From positions 1 through 31,663 of IMG/VR virus record IMGVR_UViG_3300021560_000051: DNA of 31,663 bases. One strand, written 5' to 3'. A program made the position numbers and the translations under genes. Positions 17,519-25,655 of this stretch are shown here, in pieces. Numbering within the stretch: the first letter of the stretch is position 1; each line of letters begins with the position of its first letter. Source of the stretch: a virus (lineage: Duplodnaviria > Caudoviricetes). The notes beneath the pieces were generated by a model. It did no database searches. It was not told the DNA's origin and saw only the letters and a program-made list of their open reading frames with translations.

Positions 17519-18442
17519 CTAGAGATTCCAGTCGTTCAGCTTTTTAGCCACGGCCTTACCCTGCGCCGCAACGTCGGCCCGCAGCGCGTCGTTCCGGCGC
17601 ATCGCCTCGGCGTCCACCCCGTCGAGCATGCGGTTAATGTCGCCGACGATCTCGTCGACGCGCGGGTCGTTACCCACCGCGTTGAACCCCGGCAGCATCC
17701 TTATCAAATCCCGCAACTTTTCCACCGTGCTCGCATGGAAACCCGCCTCGGGATCATCGAGCCGGTCAACCAAGACTTTCACCCGCTCCTTCACCCGCCC
17801 CCACATCTCGGTCTGTGCCTCGGCAAGCTTCGCTTGGTGACGGCCCTCCAGGCGCTTAGAGAGCCGGTCGAGCGTATTGGCGGGCAAACCCCGGAACTCG
17901 GCACCGCTCGGGATGGGCGTGAAGTCGAGGCTGAGTTTGAACTTGGCTTTGATCTCCTCCGGCGCCGGATAATCGGCGTCGCTCGCCAATCCCCCCAGAT
18001 TCGCCTTCGCCTTGGCGATGGTCGCCGCATAGTCCAGCAGGAATTCGTCGCGCGCCGTCTCGGCCTCCAGCTTCTGCTTCGCGAGCGCCTTGATGAACTC
18101 GTCGTAGAACGCCAGCGGCAGCAGGGTGGGACCATCTTTCGGATGGCGCGGGTCCTGCCAGGGCAGCGTGTACTTCCTCTGTATGTCGCGCACGGCCCGA
18201 TACGCCGCCCGCACCTTACGGAGCCCGGCATCGGCGCCGGCCAAGAGGTTCTTTCGAAACTTGCCGGCATCGCCGATCGCCCCGGCATCGGCTTTGACCT
18301 TCTCGCTTGCGGCTTTGTCGGTGATCAATCCCGACCACTCGCTCACAGTGATATCCACAAGCATCGCGCTCTCGCGAACCGCCTGGGTCATGTCCTCGTT
18401 CCCGACCGTCGGGAGGAACGTCATGCTCTGTGTCTCGCTCAT
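17519..18442 (-). CDS. conserved helical phage protein (DUF3150-like) of the AAA-VWA cluster
   Basis: TLPW, DYP and helical composition; sits between AAA and VWA genes; SD AAAGGAG. Family assignment is from memory. Confidence 0.5.
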   Translation of the reverse strand: MSETQSMTFLPTVGNEDMTQAVRESAMLVDITVSEWSGLITDKAASEKVKADAGAIGDAGKFRKNLLAGADAGLRKVRAAYRAVRDIQRKYTLPWQDPRHPKDGPTLLPLAFYDEFIKALAKQKLEAETARDEFLLDYAATIAKAKANLGGLASDADYPAPEEIKAKFKLSLDFTPIPSGAEFRGLPANTLDRLSKRLEGRHQAKLAEAQTEMWGRVKERVKVLVDRLDDPEAGFHASTVEKLRDLIRMLPGFNAVGNDPRVDEIVGDINRMLDGVDAEAMRRNDALRADVAAQGKAVAKKLNDWNL

Positions 18443-18459
18443 GTTTTGTGCTCCTTTCC

Positions 18460-19635
18460 TTATGCGTTAACTGCCGTCAGCAACTCTTTATTGTCTTTCA
18501 GCCAAAGCTGCGCCTCAGGGACAGCCAGAATATCCGCCCGATGCGGCGATTTCGTGAAAGTCGAGAACGCTAAAACTCGCATCTTTATGTCCAGACGCTT
18601 AGTATAAGCCACGATCGCCCCCGCATTATTCTCCGTGATATGATGCGACAACATGTAAGCGACCACCATCTGCGCATCTATTTTCGACGGAAGCTTGGCC
18701 GATCCCGGTCTCCGTTCCACGTCCTCGATGTCCGGCAGCTCCTCGGCATATTTGAGATGCGTGAAATACTGCGCCGCCGACGCTTCGCCGATCCAACCCG
18801 CGCAGAGTTCCCGCGCTACCGCATCCATTGGCATTTGGTCGGCCGCGACCTCCTTATCCGAGCGTAGCGCCCGCATGTCTTTGTCCATCAGCACCAGCGA
18901 CCTCGGTGTGCAAAACGGATCGGTCCCGTCCGGGACCTTCTCCGGGAACACGATACCGGGATTCTTCTCGGCGAACGATATGGTCATGTAATGCGGGCGC
19001 TTACCGTCGGGCAAAGCATTCGCCCAACTCAGCCAGGGCGGCAATCGCCCCTCGATGCGCAAGAGACAGCGCCGGTTCACGATGAACATAAGTTCCCGGC
19101 CCACACCCGAGCGGTCGCTCGTCCTGTTACCGGCAGCGACGACACGCCAATCCGCTTTCAGCCGGCATTCGCCCACATTGCCCTTGTATATCAGCTCCGC
19201 CGCAGGCTTCTTAACCTCCTCGTCGGCCTGCGACCATTCATCCAGGAACAGGAACCCGATGCGGGGCACGTCGCCGGTCCACTCGCCGGGACCGTAGATT
19301 TTCCCGTCGGGCGTCACCACCCACATCGTCGTATTGGTGGGCATCCACGGCGGCCGCGAGAACACGGTATCCGGGATCGTCGAATTAGGATTCTTGACAG
19401 GTATCAGAAACCCCTTCACGTCTACGTTCGAAATGGTCGCGAGCATGAACTGCACGAGACCCACCGGCTCGTTCACGCGCACGCTCAGTAGCTGCGCCGC
19501 CTGAAACACGCCCTCGGTCTTGGCGATGCCGGGCATGCCTTCCAGCACGTACCCCGACGCGCGCTCATGATTACGCAACGCCGCCAAGTGCGTGCGTATC
19601 AGCACCTGCTTCGCAGTCTCAATGTCCATTATCAT
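18460..19635 (-). CDS. MoxR-like AAA+ ATPase
   Basis: Walker A GMPGIAKT; Walker B FLFLDE; sensor AAGNR; NRR arginine finger; TPRS. Confidence 0.88.
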   Translation of the reverse strand: MIMDIETAKQVLIRTHLAALRNHERASGYVLEGMPGIAKTEGVFQAAQLLSVRVNEPVGLVQFMLATISNVDVKGFLIPVKNPNSTIPDTVFSRPPWMPTNTTMWVVTPDGKIYGPGEWTGDVPRIGFLFLDEWSQADEEVKKPAAELIYKGNVGECRLKADWRVVAAGNRTSDRSGVGRELMFIVNRRCLLRIEGRLPPWLSWANALPDGKRPHYMTISFAEKNPGIVFPEKVPDGTDPFCTPRSLVLMDKDMRALRSDKEVAADQMPMDAVARELCAGWIGEASAAQYFTHLKYAEELPDIEDVERRPGSAKLPSKIDAQMVVAYMLSHHITENNAGAIVAYTKRLDIKMRVLAFSTFTKSPHRADILAVPEAQLWLKDNKELLTAVNA

Positions 19636-19988
19636 GTCTCCTTTGTTGCACTGCCGCCGTCGCTCCCGACGGTCGGGAGTTTGGAATAAGCCAGCGATAT
19701 TTTATCCCACGTCGCCTTGTCCACGGTCGCCCGCGCCGTCCGCAGCAGATTACGCAACCGCTCATTAGCGAGGCGCATATTATCCAGCCGTGCCTGCATA
19801 TCCGCGAGCGAGGCTTGCGAATAGGCCGGCGCCGTTACCGGCGGCACGTATTTCTGTTTCCAGAGATAAAGCGTCGCCACGGAGATGCGCAGGCGCGCGG
19901 CAACGACGGCCGCCGTTTCGTTGGAGTTAACCCAGTTGCGGACCGTCTCTTGCTGCTCGGTCTCGGTAAACTTCGATGTCCTGGCCAT
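19632..19988 (-). CDS. HTH DNA-binding protein resembling IS3-family OrfA (HTH plus coiled coil)
   Basis: SKFT.......V...ETAAVVAARLRISVATLYLWKQKY and LANERLRNLL. No transposase OrfB or inverted repeats nearby. Confidence 0.65.
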   Translation of the reverse strand: MARTSKFTETEQQETVRNWVNSNETAAVVAARLRISVATLYLWKQKYVPPVTAPAYSQASLADMQARLDNMRLANERLRNLLRTARATVDKATWDKISLAYSKLPTVGSDGGSATKET

Positions 19989-20017
19989 CTTGATCTATCT
20001 CCCATAGTAGAATAGTT

Positions 20018-20047
20018 ATCATACCATTCCCGACGGTCGGGAGTCAA
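20018..20047 (-). promoter_or_regulatory. sigma70-like promoter TTGACT-N18-TATGAT with the palindrome in the spacer
   Basis: -35 at 20047-20042; extended -10 TGGTATGAT ending at 20018; palindrome at 20027-20043; 30 nt upstream of the HTH gene start. Confidence 0.75.
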
Positions 20048-20107
20048 CCGGCGGCACGCGCTTGTAAAAGCGCGGGCTCACCGGGCTCATGGTCGAGAGT
20101 CAACCGG

Positions 20108-20449
20108 CTATATTTTTACGATGCCTAGCTCAATCATCGCCTCCGTCAAGGGTCCAGGCTTGGTCAGCATGACCGTATCGTCTACGCCGATGGGCGCATT
20201 GTCGAAATATTGTCTGTGTCGGTGCTGGTGAAACCTCGGCGCGTCAAGGGCGCGACAGAGGGCATTCAACCGGTCGCGCGTGATCACGGTGCCCCAGCCG
20301 CACAAGCACGCATAGACGTTAACACCCTCGCGCCATGCGATCGTAGACCCGTGCAACACGATGCGATTGCCGTCGGTATAAGTGCGCTTGCGACGGCAGA
20401 CTTCACCCGCGACGAAGGCGCGCGCGATATCCCTGGCTTCCTTAGTCAT
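20108..20449 (-). CDS. hypothetical protein
   Basis: Start MTKEARD with SD AAGGAG. Confidence 0.6.
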   Translation of the reverse strand: MTKEARDIARAFVAGEVCRRKRTYTDGNRIVLHGSTIAWREGVNVYACLCGWGTVITRDRLNALCRALDAPRFHQHRHRQYFDNAPIGVDDTVMLTKPGPLTEAMIELGIVKI

Positions 20450-20487
20450 CTTCGCTCCTTTCCGTGTATATTTTGTATAAAGCATAG

Positions 20488-20515
20488 ATCATACCATACC
20501 GAGTAAGGCCAGCAA
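20488..20515 (-). promoter_or_regulatory. sigma70-like promoter TTGCTG-N16-TATGAT (extended -10)
   Basis: Shares ATGGTATGAT with the promoter at 20018-20047; lies upstream of 20449. Confidence 0.55.
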
Positions 20516-20538
20516 GGGTATCCCATGAATATCGCGCA

Positions 20539-20730
20539 TCATGTCAGTTTCCTTCTTCTTACTGCCTCCGGCACGGGCGCACCGAAGACATCGATGCGGA
20601 CCAAACGCGCATCGCGTATACGTGCTTCGCGCAGCCCCTTCTCGGCGGCTTCATGGAAGTCTTTGCACATCTCGAACATGTAGACCCATGACAGGTCCGC
20701 TAGCTCGACGGTTATTTCCCAGTTAGTCAT
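20539..20730 (-). CDS. hypothetical protein
   Basis: Small ORF packed in the early operon. Confidence 0.5.
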   Translation of the reverse strand: MTNWEITVELADLSWVYMFEMCKDFHEAAEKGLREARIRDARLVRIDVFGAPVPEAVRRRKLT

Positions 20731-20732
20731 GT

Positions 20733-20867
20733 TCACCAAGCAACAAGCTCAGTTGTGCAGTCATTATTGTGCGCACCGTAGCATCGCGTATGCACCCGCA
20801 GCGACAGTGCGCCGATCGCCACCAGCAACAGTGCCGCCCATGCGAGCGCAAGCCATAGTTTGGACAT
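20733..20867 (-). CDS. small membrane/secreted protein (44 aa), not in the ORF track
   Basis: MSKLWLALAWAALLLVAIGALSLRVHTRCYGAHNNDCTTELVAW; SD AAAGGAG. Confidence 0.55.
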   Translation of the reverse strand: MSKLWLALAWAALLLVAIGALSLRVHTRCYGAHNNDCTTELVAW

Positions 20868-20941
20868 TGGTTCTCCTTTCTAATACCGGACCGACGGAAC
20901 GCAGGAACGGCGCACCCGTAAGAATGCGCCGCACCATCATC

Positions 20942-21163
20942 CTACAAATGTGTCCAGATAACCGGCTCGGACGCCGGCGTATAGCCGAACGGATTCGGCT
21001 CGGTTGAATACCCCGGGGTATTCAATGGCGCGAGCGGGTCGGTTATCGGCCGCACTTCCACGATCTTGCGCCGCGCCCGGCCCTTGCGCAATTGGCAGAA
21101 GCTTATCTGTAATCTGCCGACTGTCAGGAAGCGTAGCCCGCCGATTTTACGATAGCTTATCAT
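20942..21163 (-). CDS. hypothetical protein (73 aa)
   Basis: SD GAGGGG; overlaps the upstream ORF. Confidence 0.55.
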   Translation of the reverse strand: MISYRKIGGLRFLTVGRLQISFCQLRKGRARRKIVEVRPITDPLAPLNTPGYSTEPNPFGYTPASEPVIWTHL

Positions 21164-21347
21164 GGAAATCCCCTCGTTGATACATGTTGGCGATCATGAA
21201 CGTCGCCGTTGCGATATCGCGACGGCGGCGGTGGAGATGGCCAATCGCGCGATCAACGCGAGCGGCCAGATAGGCATGCGGCCTGACGCCGTAGTTGACG
21301 TTTAGCTCATACCTAACAGCGGCGATATAGTCCGCGAGCGGGGGCAT
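21147..21347 (-). CDS. hypothetical protein (66 aa)
   Basis: SD GAGGT 7 nt upstream; palindrome 22 nt upstream of the start. Confidence 0.55.
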   Translation of the reverse strand: MPPLADYIAAVRYELNVNYGVRPHAYLAARVDRAIGHLHRRRRDIATATFMIANMYQRGDFHDKLS

Positions 21348-22072
21348 TTATTTTACCTCGCTTTCGTTGTTCCCGACCGTCGGGAACAATGCGATATGGA
21401 CACTTTCAGGCTTAGGCACGCAGGAACGGCGGCACGCGGGGAGCGCAAGCGGTCGATGCCGCGTGGTTCGCTCCCCGTTTAGACGTTCTCGCCCATAGGG
21501 CGCGGAGCACGGGATGTGATCCCGTGTGTTGCAGGCATGGGCATGTGTTCTCGCGAGGGGCGCCCTGTTCATTCCCGCGAGCCGGCACGAAGCATGATAT
21601 GTTGAACCTCCTATAATTGGGCAAAGTAAATTTTTAGGCATATAATTAGAGCCTCTAATAAGGGAACGAAGGAACGATGGCACGGCGGATCGAGGTTGTC
21701 AAGCCTCTATTTGGATGAATACATCATTCCCGACGGTCGGGAATTGGTAGAAACTTCACAGATGTTAGATACTCTATAATGAGCGATATCAACATTTTAG
21801 ATGAATCTATCGTATCTATCAATCGAAAAGAGGGTATAAGGGGGGGAAGTCCCGCGAGCCACATATATATGTGCCGCGCACAGGGGACCCCCTCCTTATA
21901 TCGCACTTTTTGCTGATAGGTTGATAGGTTTATAATTATTTATTTTAGATAGATAGTAGTTTCAATAGCTTATGAGGTGTTTTACCCCCGCTCGAATCTA
22001 GCAATAAACCTATCATGTGAGTAAAACACTAAACTAGGTTAGCTATGTTTGGTCAACCCATTGAAATCACAC

Positions 22073-22115
22073 AAAACCCCGTCGAGGGGGGATCGAACCC
22101 CCTCGAACCTTGGGG
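22073..22115 (-). terminator. GC-rich hairpin, probable intrinsic terminator
   Basis: The minus strand reads TCGAGGGGG-TTCGAT-CCCCCCTCGA, then CGGGGTTTTG, just after the 22122 stop. Confidence 0.55.
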
Positions 22116-22121
22116 AATGCC

Positions 22122-23033
22122 TCACTCCATCGAGCTAAGTGCGTCGACTGCATCGTTAATGCGTTCGTCAGTGATCGACTCGCTAACGGGCGTTTCCGTG
22201 ATTTGCGCCGCATCTTCTTCTTGTTCCGCCGCATCCTGCGCCGCAACAGCTTCGGCGTAGCTGTTATCGTTGCTATCAGCGGAGAACGTTGTGGTGCCGA
22301 ACGAAAAATACTGCCCACCTTTGACGCTATCCCATGCGGCCTCAACATCCTTCGGGCTGATTGCCGATAGCTCCGCCATCACGTTAGATAGCTGCGCCAT
22401 TGGGTAATCATGCGCGAAAGCTGTTAAAGCGTCGCGTGCTGCGTCCAGGCGCGCCTTCACCTTCTCAATATCCAATGCCGGATCGTTGGCAGCGGCCCAC
22501 ATGTCCACATCCGTAGCCGTCTGCAACAGTGTTGCCTGACGCTCCTTATTGCCCTTGCAGAGCGACAAGGCAGCGGTGAACATGTTGTCAAGCCGTTTGA
22601 ACGCTAGCTTGATTGGTGTCGGCGCATCCTTGTCGATGGCACGGGTTTCTTCTTCCTCGCGCCACGCATCGTAGCAAAGCGTCCACAGACCATTTACGTG
22701 TGGGCGGACTGTCGGCGCCATCGCTGCCGATGCATACGACAAGAAGTTTTGCAGCGTTTTGAGCGTTGTCTTATCACCGTTATGTTGTGACGTGATCACC
22801 GATCGCGCTTTCAACACTTCGGCTTCCGACCACTCGCCGGCAATCGCATTGTCGGCCAGGGTGCGCAATGCATCGGATTGCACGCTGTAAGCATCTTCGC
22901 GCTTCACCTTGGCTTTGGTTTGCGCGGTTTCTGCGTCGGCGCGTTTCGCCAATACATTGTTGGCAACGCCTCGCACTACGTCCACGACGGACGCAACGCG
23001 GTTATCGTCCAGCTTACTGATACCTTTCACCAT
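22122..23033 (-). CDS. hypothetical early protein (303 aa, helical, acidic C-terminus)
   Basis: SD GGAGGG; palindrome 23 nt upstream of the start; followed by a hairpin. Confidence 0.7.
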   Translation of the reverse strand: MVKGISKLDDNRVASVVDVVRGVANNVLAKRADAETAQTKAKVKREDAYSVQSDALRTLADNAIAGEWSEAEVLKARSVITSQHNGDKTTLKTLQNFLSYASAAMAPTVRPHVNGLWTLCYDAWREEEETRAIDKDAPTPIKLAFKRLDNMFTAALSLCKGNKERQATLLQTATDVDMWAAANDPALDIEKVKARLDAARDALTAFAHDYPMAQLSNVMAELSAISPKDVEAAWDSVKGGQYFSFGTTTFSADSNDNSYAEAVAAQDAAEQEEDAAQITETPVSESITDERINDAVDALSSME

Positions 23034-23145
23034 ATTGCCCTCCAGGGTAAATCGCGTTCCCGACTGTCGGGAATTGGCGATGCGTTAGCGGGAAGGGCGT
23101 TCCGCAATAATAACACAAATGAATGCGGCGAGGGTAACGATGGGC

Positions 23146-23358
23146 CTAACGGCCCATCGCCTTGTCCTGAAGGTTGCTGACGTAGCGCGCAAGGTTGCGC
23201 TGCGAATCATCGGTTCCGAAGGGTCGGCGCATGCCGCCCGGAATGAGGGCGGTCTTGGATTTCTTCGCGCCTCTGGCGTAGTGCGCCGTATATCGCTTGA
23301 TAGCGATTTTCTTGCCATCGATCGTCGTGACGACGGCGCCCAGATACCTACCGGCCAT
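23146..23358 (-). CDS. hypothetical basic protein (70 aa)
   Basis: Start MAGRYL with GGAG upstream. Confidence 0.45.
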   Translation of the reverse strand: MAGRYLGAVVTTIDGKKIAIKRYTAHYARGAKKSKTALIPGGMRRPFGTDDSQRNLARYVSNLQDKAMGR

Positions 23359-23751
23359 AGCAATTCTCCGCGCTCGGAATTGAGCAAACGAATGTCGAAG
23401 AAGACGGCGGAAACATCCCACGGCGCACCCTCGGCAGGGTCGTATTGCCGTAAACCGTGGCCCTGATCGCGACGCTTGCTAGGCGCCCGAGTTCCAGGTA
23501 GCTCGCCTCGCGCCAGTGTCCGGTTGCGGCGACACTGTATTTCTGCGTGCGGGGCTGACTTCAATATCCTTCTGTTTCCTATAACTGGATGCCTGTAGTT
23601 ATTCCCGACGGTAGGGAGGCCGTGGGGGGATCATGGACCGGCCGAGGAGGGTCGCGCGCGCTCACCCCTTGCGTACAGAAAAATTTCTTACATAGAATTA
23701 CTGGAGTAATTAAACGAGGATGTTTCCTTCCCGATTAAATCCGTCGCCGCG

Positions 23752-23860
23752 AGGTTCCCGCGTTCCGCCGTTCCTGCGTGCCGGCGTTTCTGTATTGCTA
23801 AGCGCCGTTCCTGCGTGTCGCCGTGCCGCCGTGCCGCCGCTCCCGCGTTCCCACGTTGCG
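23752..23860. repeat. cluster of short degenerate direct repeats (CGTTCC/CGTGCC; GCCGTTCCTGCGTG twice)
   Basis: Seen directly, in the non-coding zone where transcription diverges. Confidence 0.55.
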
Positions 23861-24339
23861 TAGCAACTACGGTTCTGCTACATTATCCCGATGCCCATCG
23901 ACGGACACGCACTGGCCAGGAGGTTTTTCCCGATGCAGACAGGGTATCCGCCGCGCGCCGCCTGGGAGGGGCCGAGTCTGCCCCCGTCGAGTGAATTGCC
24001 CGCTCGCCCATCACCCGTGTTAAATGTTATAACACCTAAACTAAAGTCTACCCCGCCCCGCTCGCATGAGACGGGCGCCGATGCAAGCGTGCAATATGAA
24101 ATGTTCCCCGTCGATACTCTCGGTCGTCGTTAGTCTTTTACTTTCGGCGTGCACCCTGCCGGAATCCAAGGACATCGATAACGGCACGGTGTCCATCACC
24201 ATGGCGACGGCGACGGGTGCGGTGCATGTTTTGCTTGCCTGTCCGTCCAATCTGCCGCCCATCGTTAAGAAATGATGTCCCGCTTGCCACGTCGCGTTAA
24301 TCCGGCTAGAAGTCGCCACAACCCAGGGGAGAACCGGTC

Positions 24340-24795
24340 ATGGCCGCAGTGCCTATCATCCTTTACGGCAGTTTCACTTTCGCCGACGGTGAGACTATCA
24401 CCGGCACGTTCAACGGCACCGCCGCCTATTCCGATCGTCATGTCGGCGGCGGCCCCTTGCCGCCGCAGCCACCGGTCGATCCGGATTATCACCCCCCCGG
24501 CGTCGGTGAGGGTCTGCCCGGCGGTCCCCCCGGCATCTGGGGCGGCCCTGGCGGCCTGCCGAAGCCGCCCGCTTATCCCGCGCACCCCATCGTCATCCCG
24601 CCCACCCCGCCCACCGTCGATCCGCCGGTCCCGGCGCATCCGATCGTCCTTCCGCCACCGGTCGATCCGCCGACCGAGCCGCCCGGCAGCGGCGCGACCC
24701 CGGAAGGGTGGTTCTGGCACTGGCAGGACCCGCCGGGGCAGTGGCTCCTGGTCTACAACCCGCCGGGCGGTGGCAAGCCGAAGCCGCCGGGCTGA
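24340..24795 (+). CDS. proline-rich protein with repeated PAHPIV(I/L)PP
   Basis: SD GGGGAG; GC3-rich codon usage; followed by a strong hairpin. Confidence 0.65.
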   Translation: MAAVPIILYGSFTFADGETITGTFNGTAAYSDRHVGGGPLPPQPPVDPDYHPPGVGEGLPGGPPGIWGGPGGLPKPPAYPAHPIVIPPTPPTVDPPVPAHPIVLPPPVDPPTEPPGSGATPEGWFWHWQDPPGQWLLVYNPPGGGKPKPPG

Positions 24796-24828
24796 CAGCG
24801 TCGCCCCATCGTCATTTCGCCGACTTCG

Positions 24829-24859
24829 CCAGCGATACCCCCTTCGGGGGTATCGCTGG
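24829..24859 (+). terminator. perfect inverted repeat CCAGCGATACCCCC-TTC-GGGGGTATCGCTGG
   Basis: 14-bp stem 34 nt after the stop codon; the U-tract is weak. Confidence 0.6.
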
Positions 24860-24951
24860 AGCATTTGTAACGCTTTGGATATATTGACAAACACATACAG
24901 GCGTTCGATTTTATCCTCCGGGCAAGCTTATTAGTTCGGAGGAGTTAGAGC

Positions 24952-25353
24952 ATGCGTACTGATATGAAAGCGGTCGCGCGCACCGTGCCGCCGTTGCCAC
25001 GGATCAACCCCGTCATCGTCGAGGCCCTGACTAATATGCTTAGGGATGATTCCGGCTCGAAGAAGCCGCCCCGGTCGTCGGCCGCGCTTCTGGCCCTCAT
25101 TCGGGCGCTTAATCGCGCTAATCTCCCGTTCCCGACGCGCGCCAAGGCGGCGAAGCACGCGCGTATCTCCGTCGATACCATCGATGCGAGCCTCTCGCGC
25201 ATGCTCAGCCAGGGATATCTGGACGAACGGGTGGAGATGCGCCCGGGCAATGTGAAACAGCGTGCCTCGGTCCTGCGTGCCAAGGTGTACACCCTTAATC
25301 CGCGCGTGCGTGCGATAGCCGACTCCGCTGAAAAATTACAGAAGTCGGCATAG
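24952..25353 (+). CDS. winged-HTH DNA-binding protein
   Basis: FPTRAKAAKHARISVDTIDASLSRMLSQGYL; SD GGAGG; TTGACA at 24884. Confidence 0.65.
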   Translation: MRTDMKAVARTVPPLPRINPVIVEALTNMLRDDSGSKKPPRSSAALLALIRALNRANLPFPTRAKAAKHARISVDTIDASLSRMLSQGYLDERVEMRPGNVKQRASVLRAKVYTLNPRVRAIADSAEKLQKSA

Positions 25354-25433
25354 TCCCCGCGTATTTTCCGTGCCCCACGGTTGACCGGCCACGCACGAAG
25401 GCGCGATGATTACGTTTTGCGCCGAGGGGGATT

Positions 25434-25655
25434 ATGAGTGTCGTGCCACTGGTCAAGTCGGGTCCGCCGCCGGTCCGGGTAAACCTGGAGTTCGTCAGCA
25501 TGGAGAAGGCCCGGCACGACCTGGAATTGCTGCGCACGGCATCGCAATGGGGACTGCACTGCCTCAACCTCGCGGATACGCAAGGCGGTCCGGCGGTCCT
25601 CGCGGCGACGCGGCAACTGATGGCGGTGACGGTCGAACTGATCAAGGCGGGTTAA
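25434..25655 (+). CDS. hypothetical protein (73 aa)
   Basis: SD GAGGGGG; converges on the terminase with overlapping stops. Confidence 0.5.
   Translation: MSVVPLVKSGPPPVRVNLEFVSMEKARHDLELLRTASQWGLHCLNLADTQGGPAVLAATRQLMAVTVELIKAG

Larger units (their letters stand above)
3937..23618. promoter_or_regulatory. dispersed 17-bp palindrome family YTCCCGACNGTCGGGAR (putative operator/protein-binding sites)
   Basis: Copies at 3937, 10217, 13096, 15691, 18399, 19663, 20027, 21370, 21727, 23057 and 23602 (1 mismatch). Degenerate copies at 2484 and 8224. Confidence 0.85.

Noticed and set aside
19632-19988. IS3-family element
   Set aside because: Only an OrfA-like HTH is present, with no DDE OrfB or terminal inverted repeats, and the gene is translationally coupled into the phage operon.
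21348-21683. 111-aa ORF and other short or antisense ORFs in the track
   Set aside because: They lack an SD or recognisable motif, overlap promoter-like sequence, or lie antisense to well-supported genes, as expected in GC-rich DNA.
22073-22125. tRNA (GGTTCGATCCC T-loop-like motif on the minus strand)
   Set aside because: No D or anticodon arms can be formed. A simple hairpin after a stop codon fits better.
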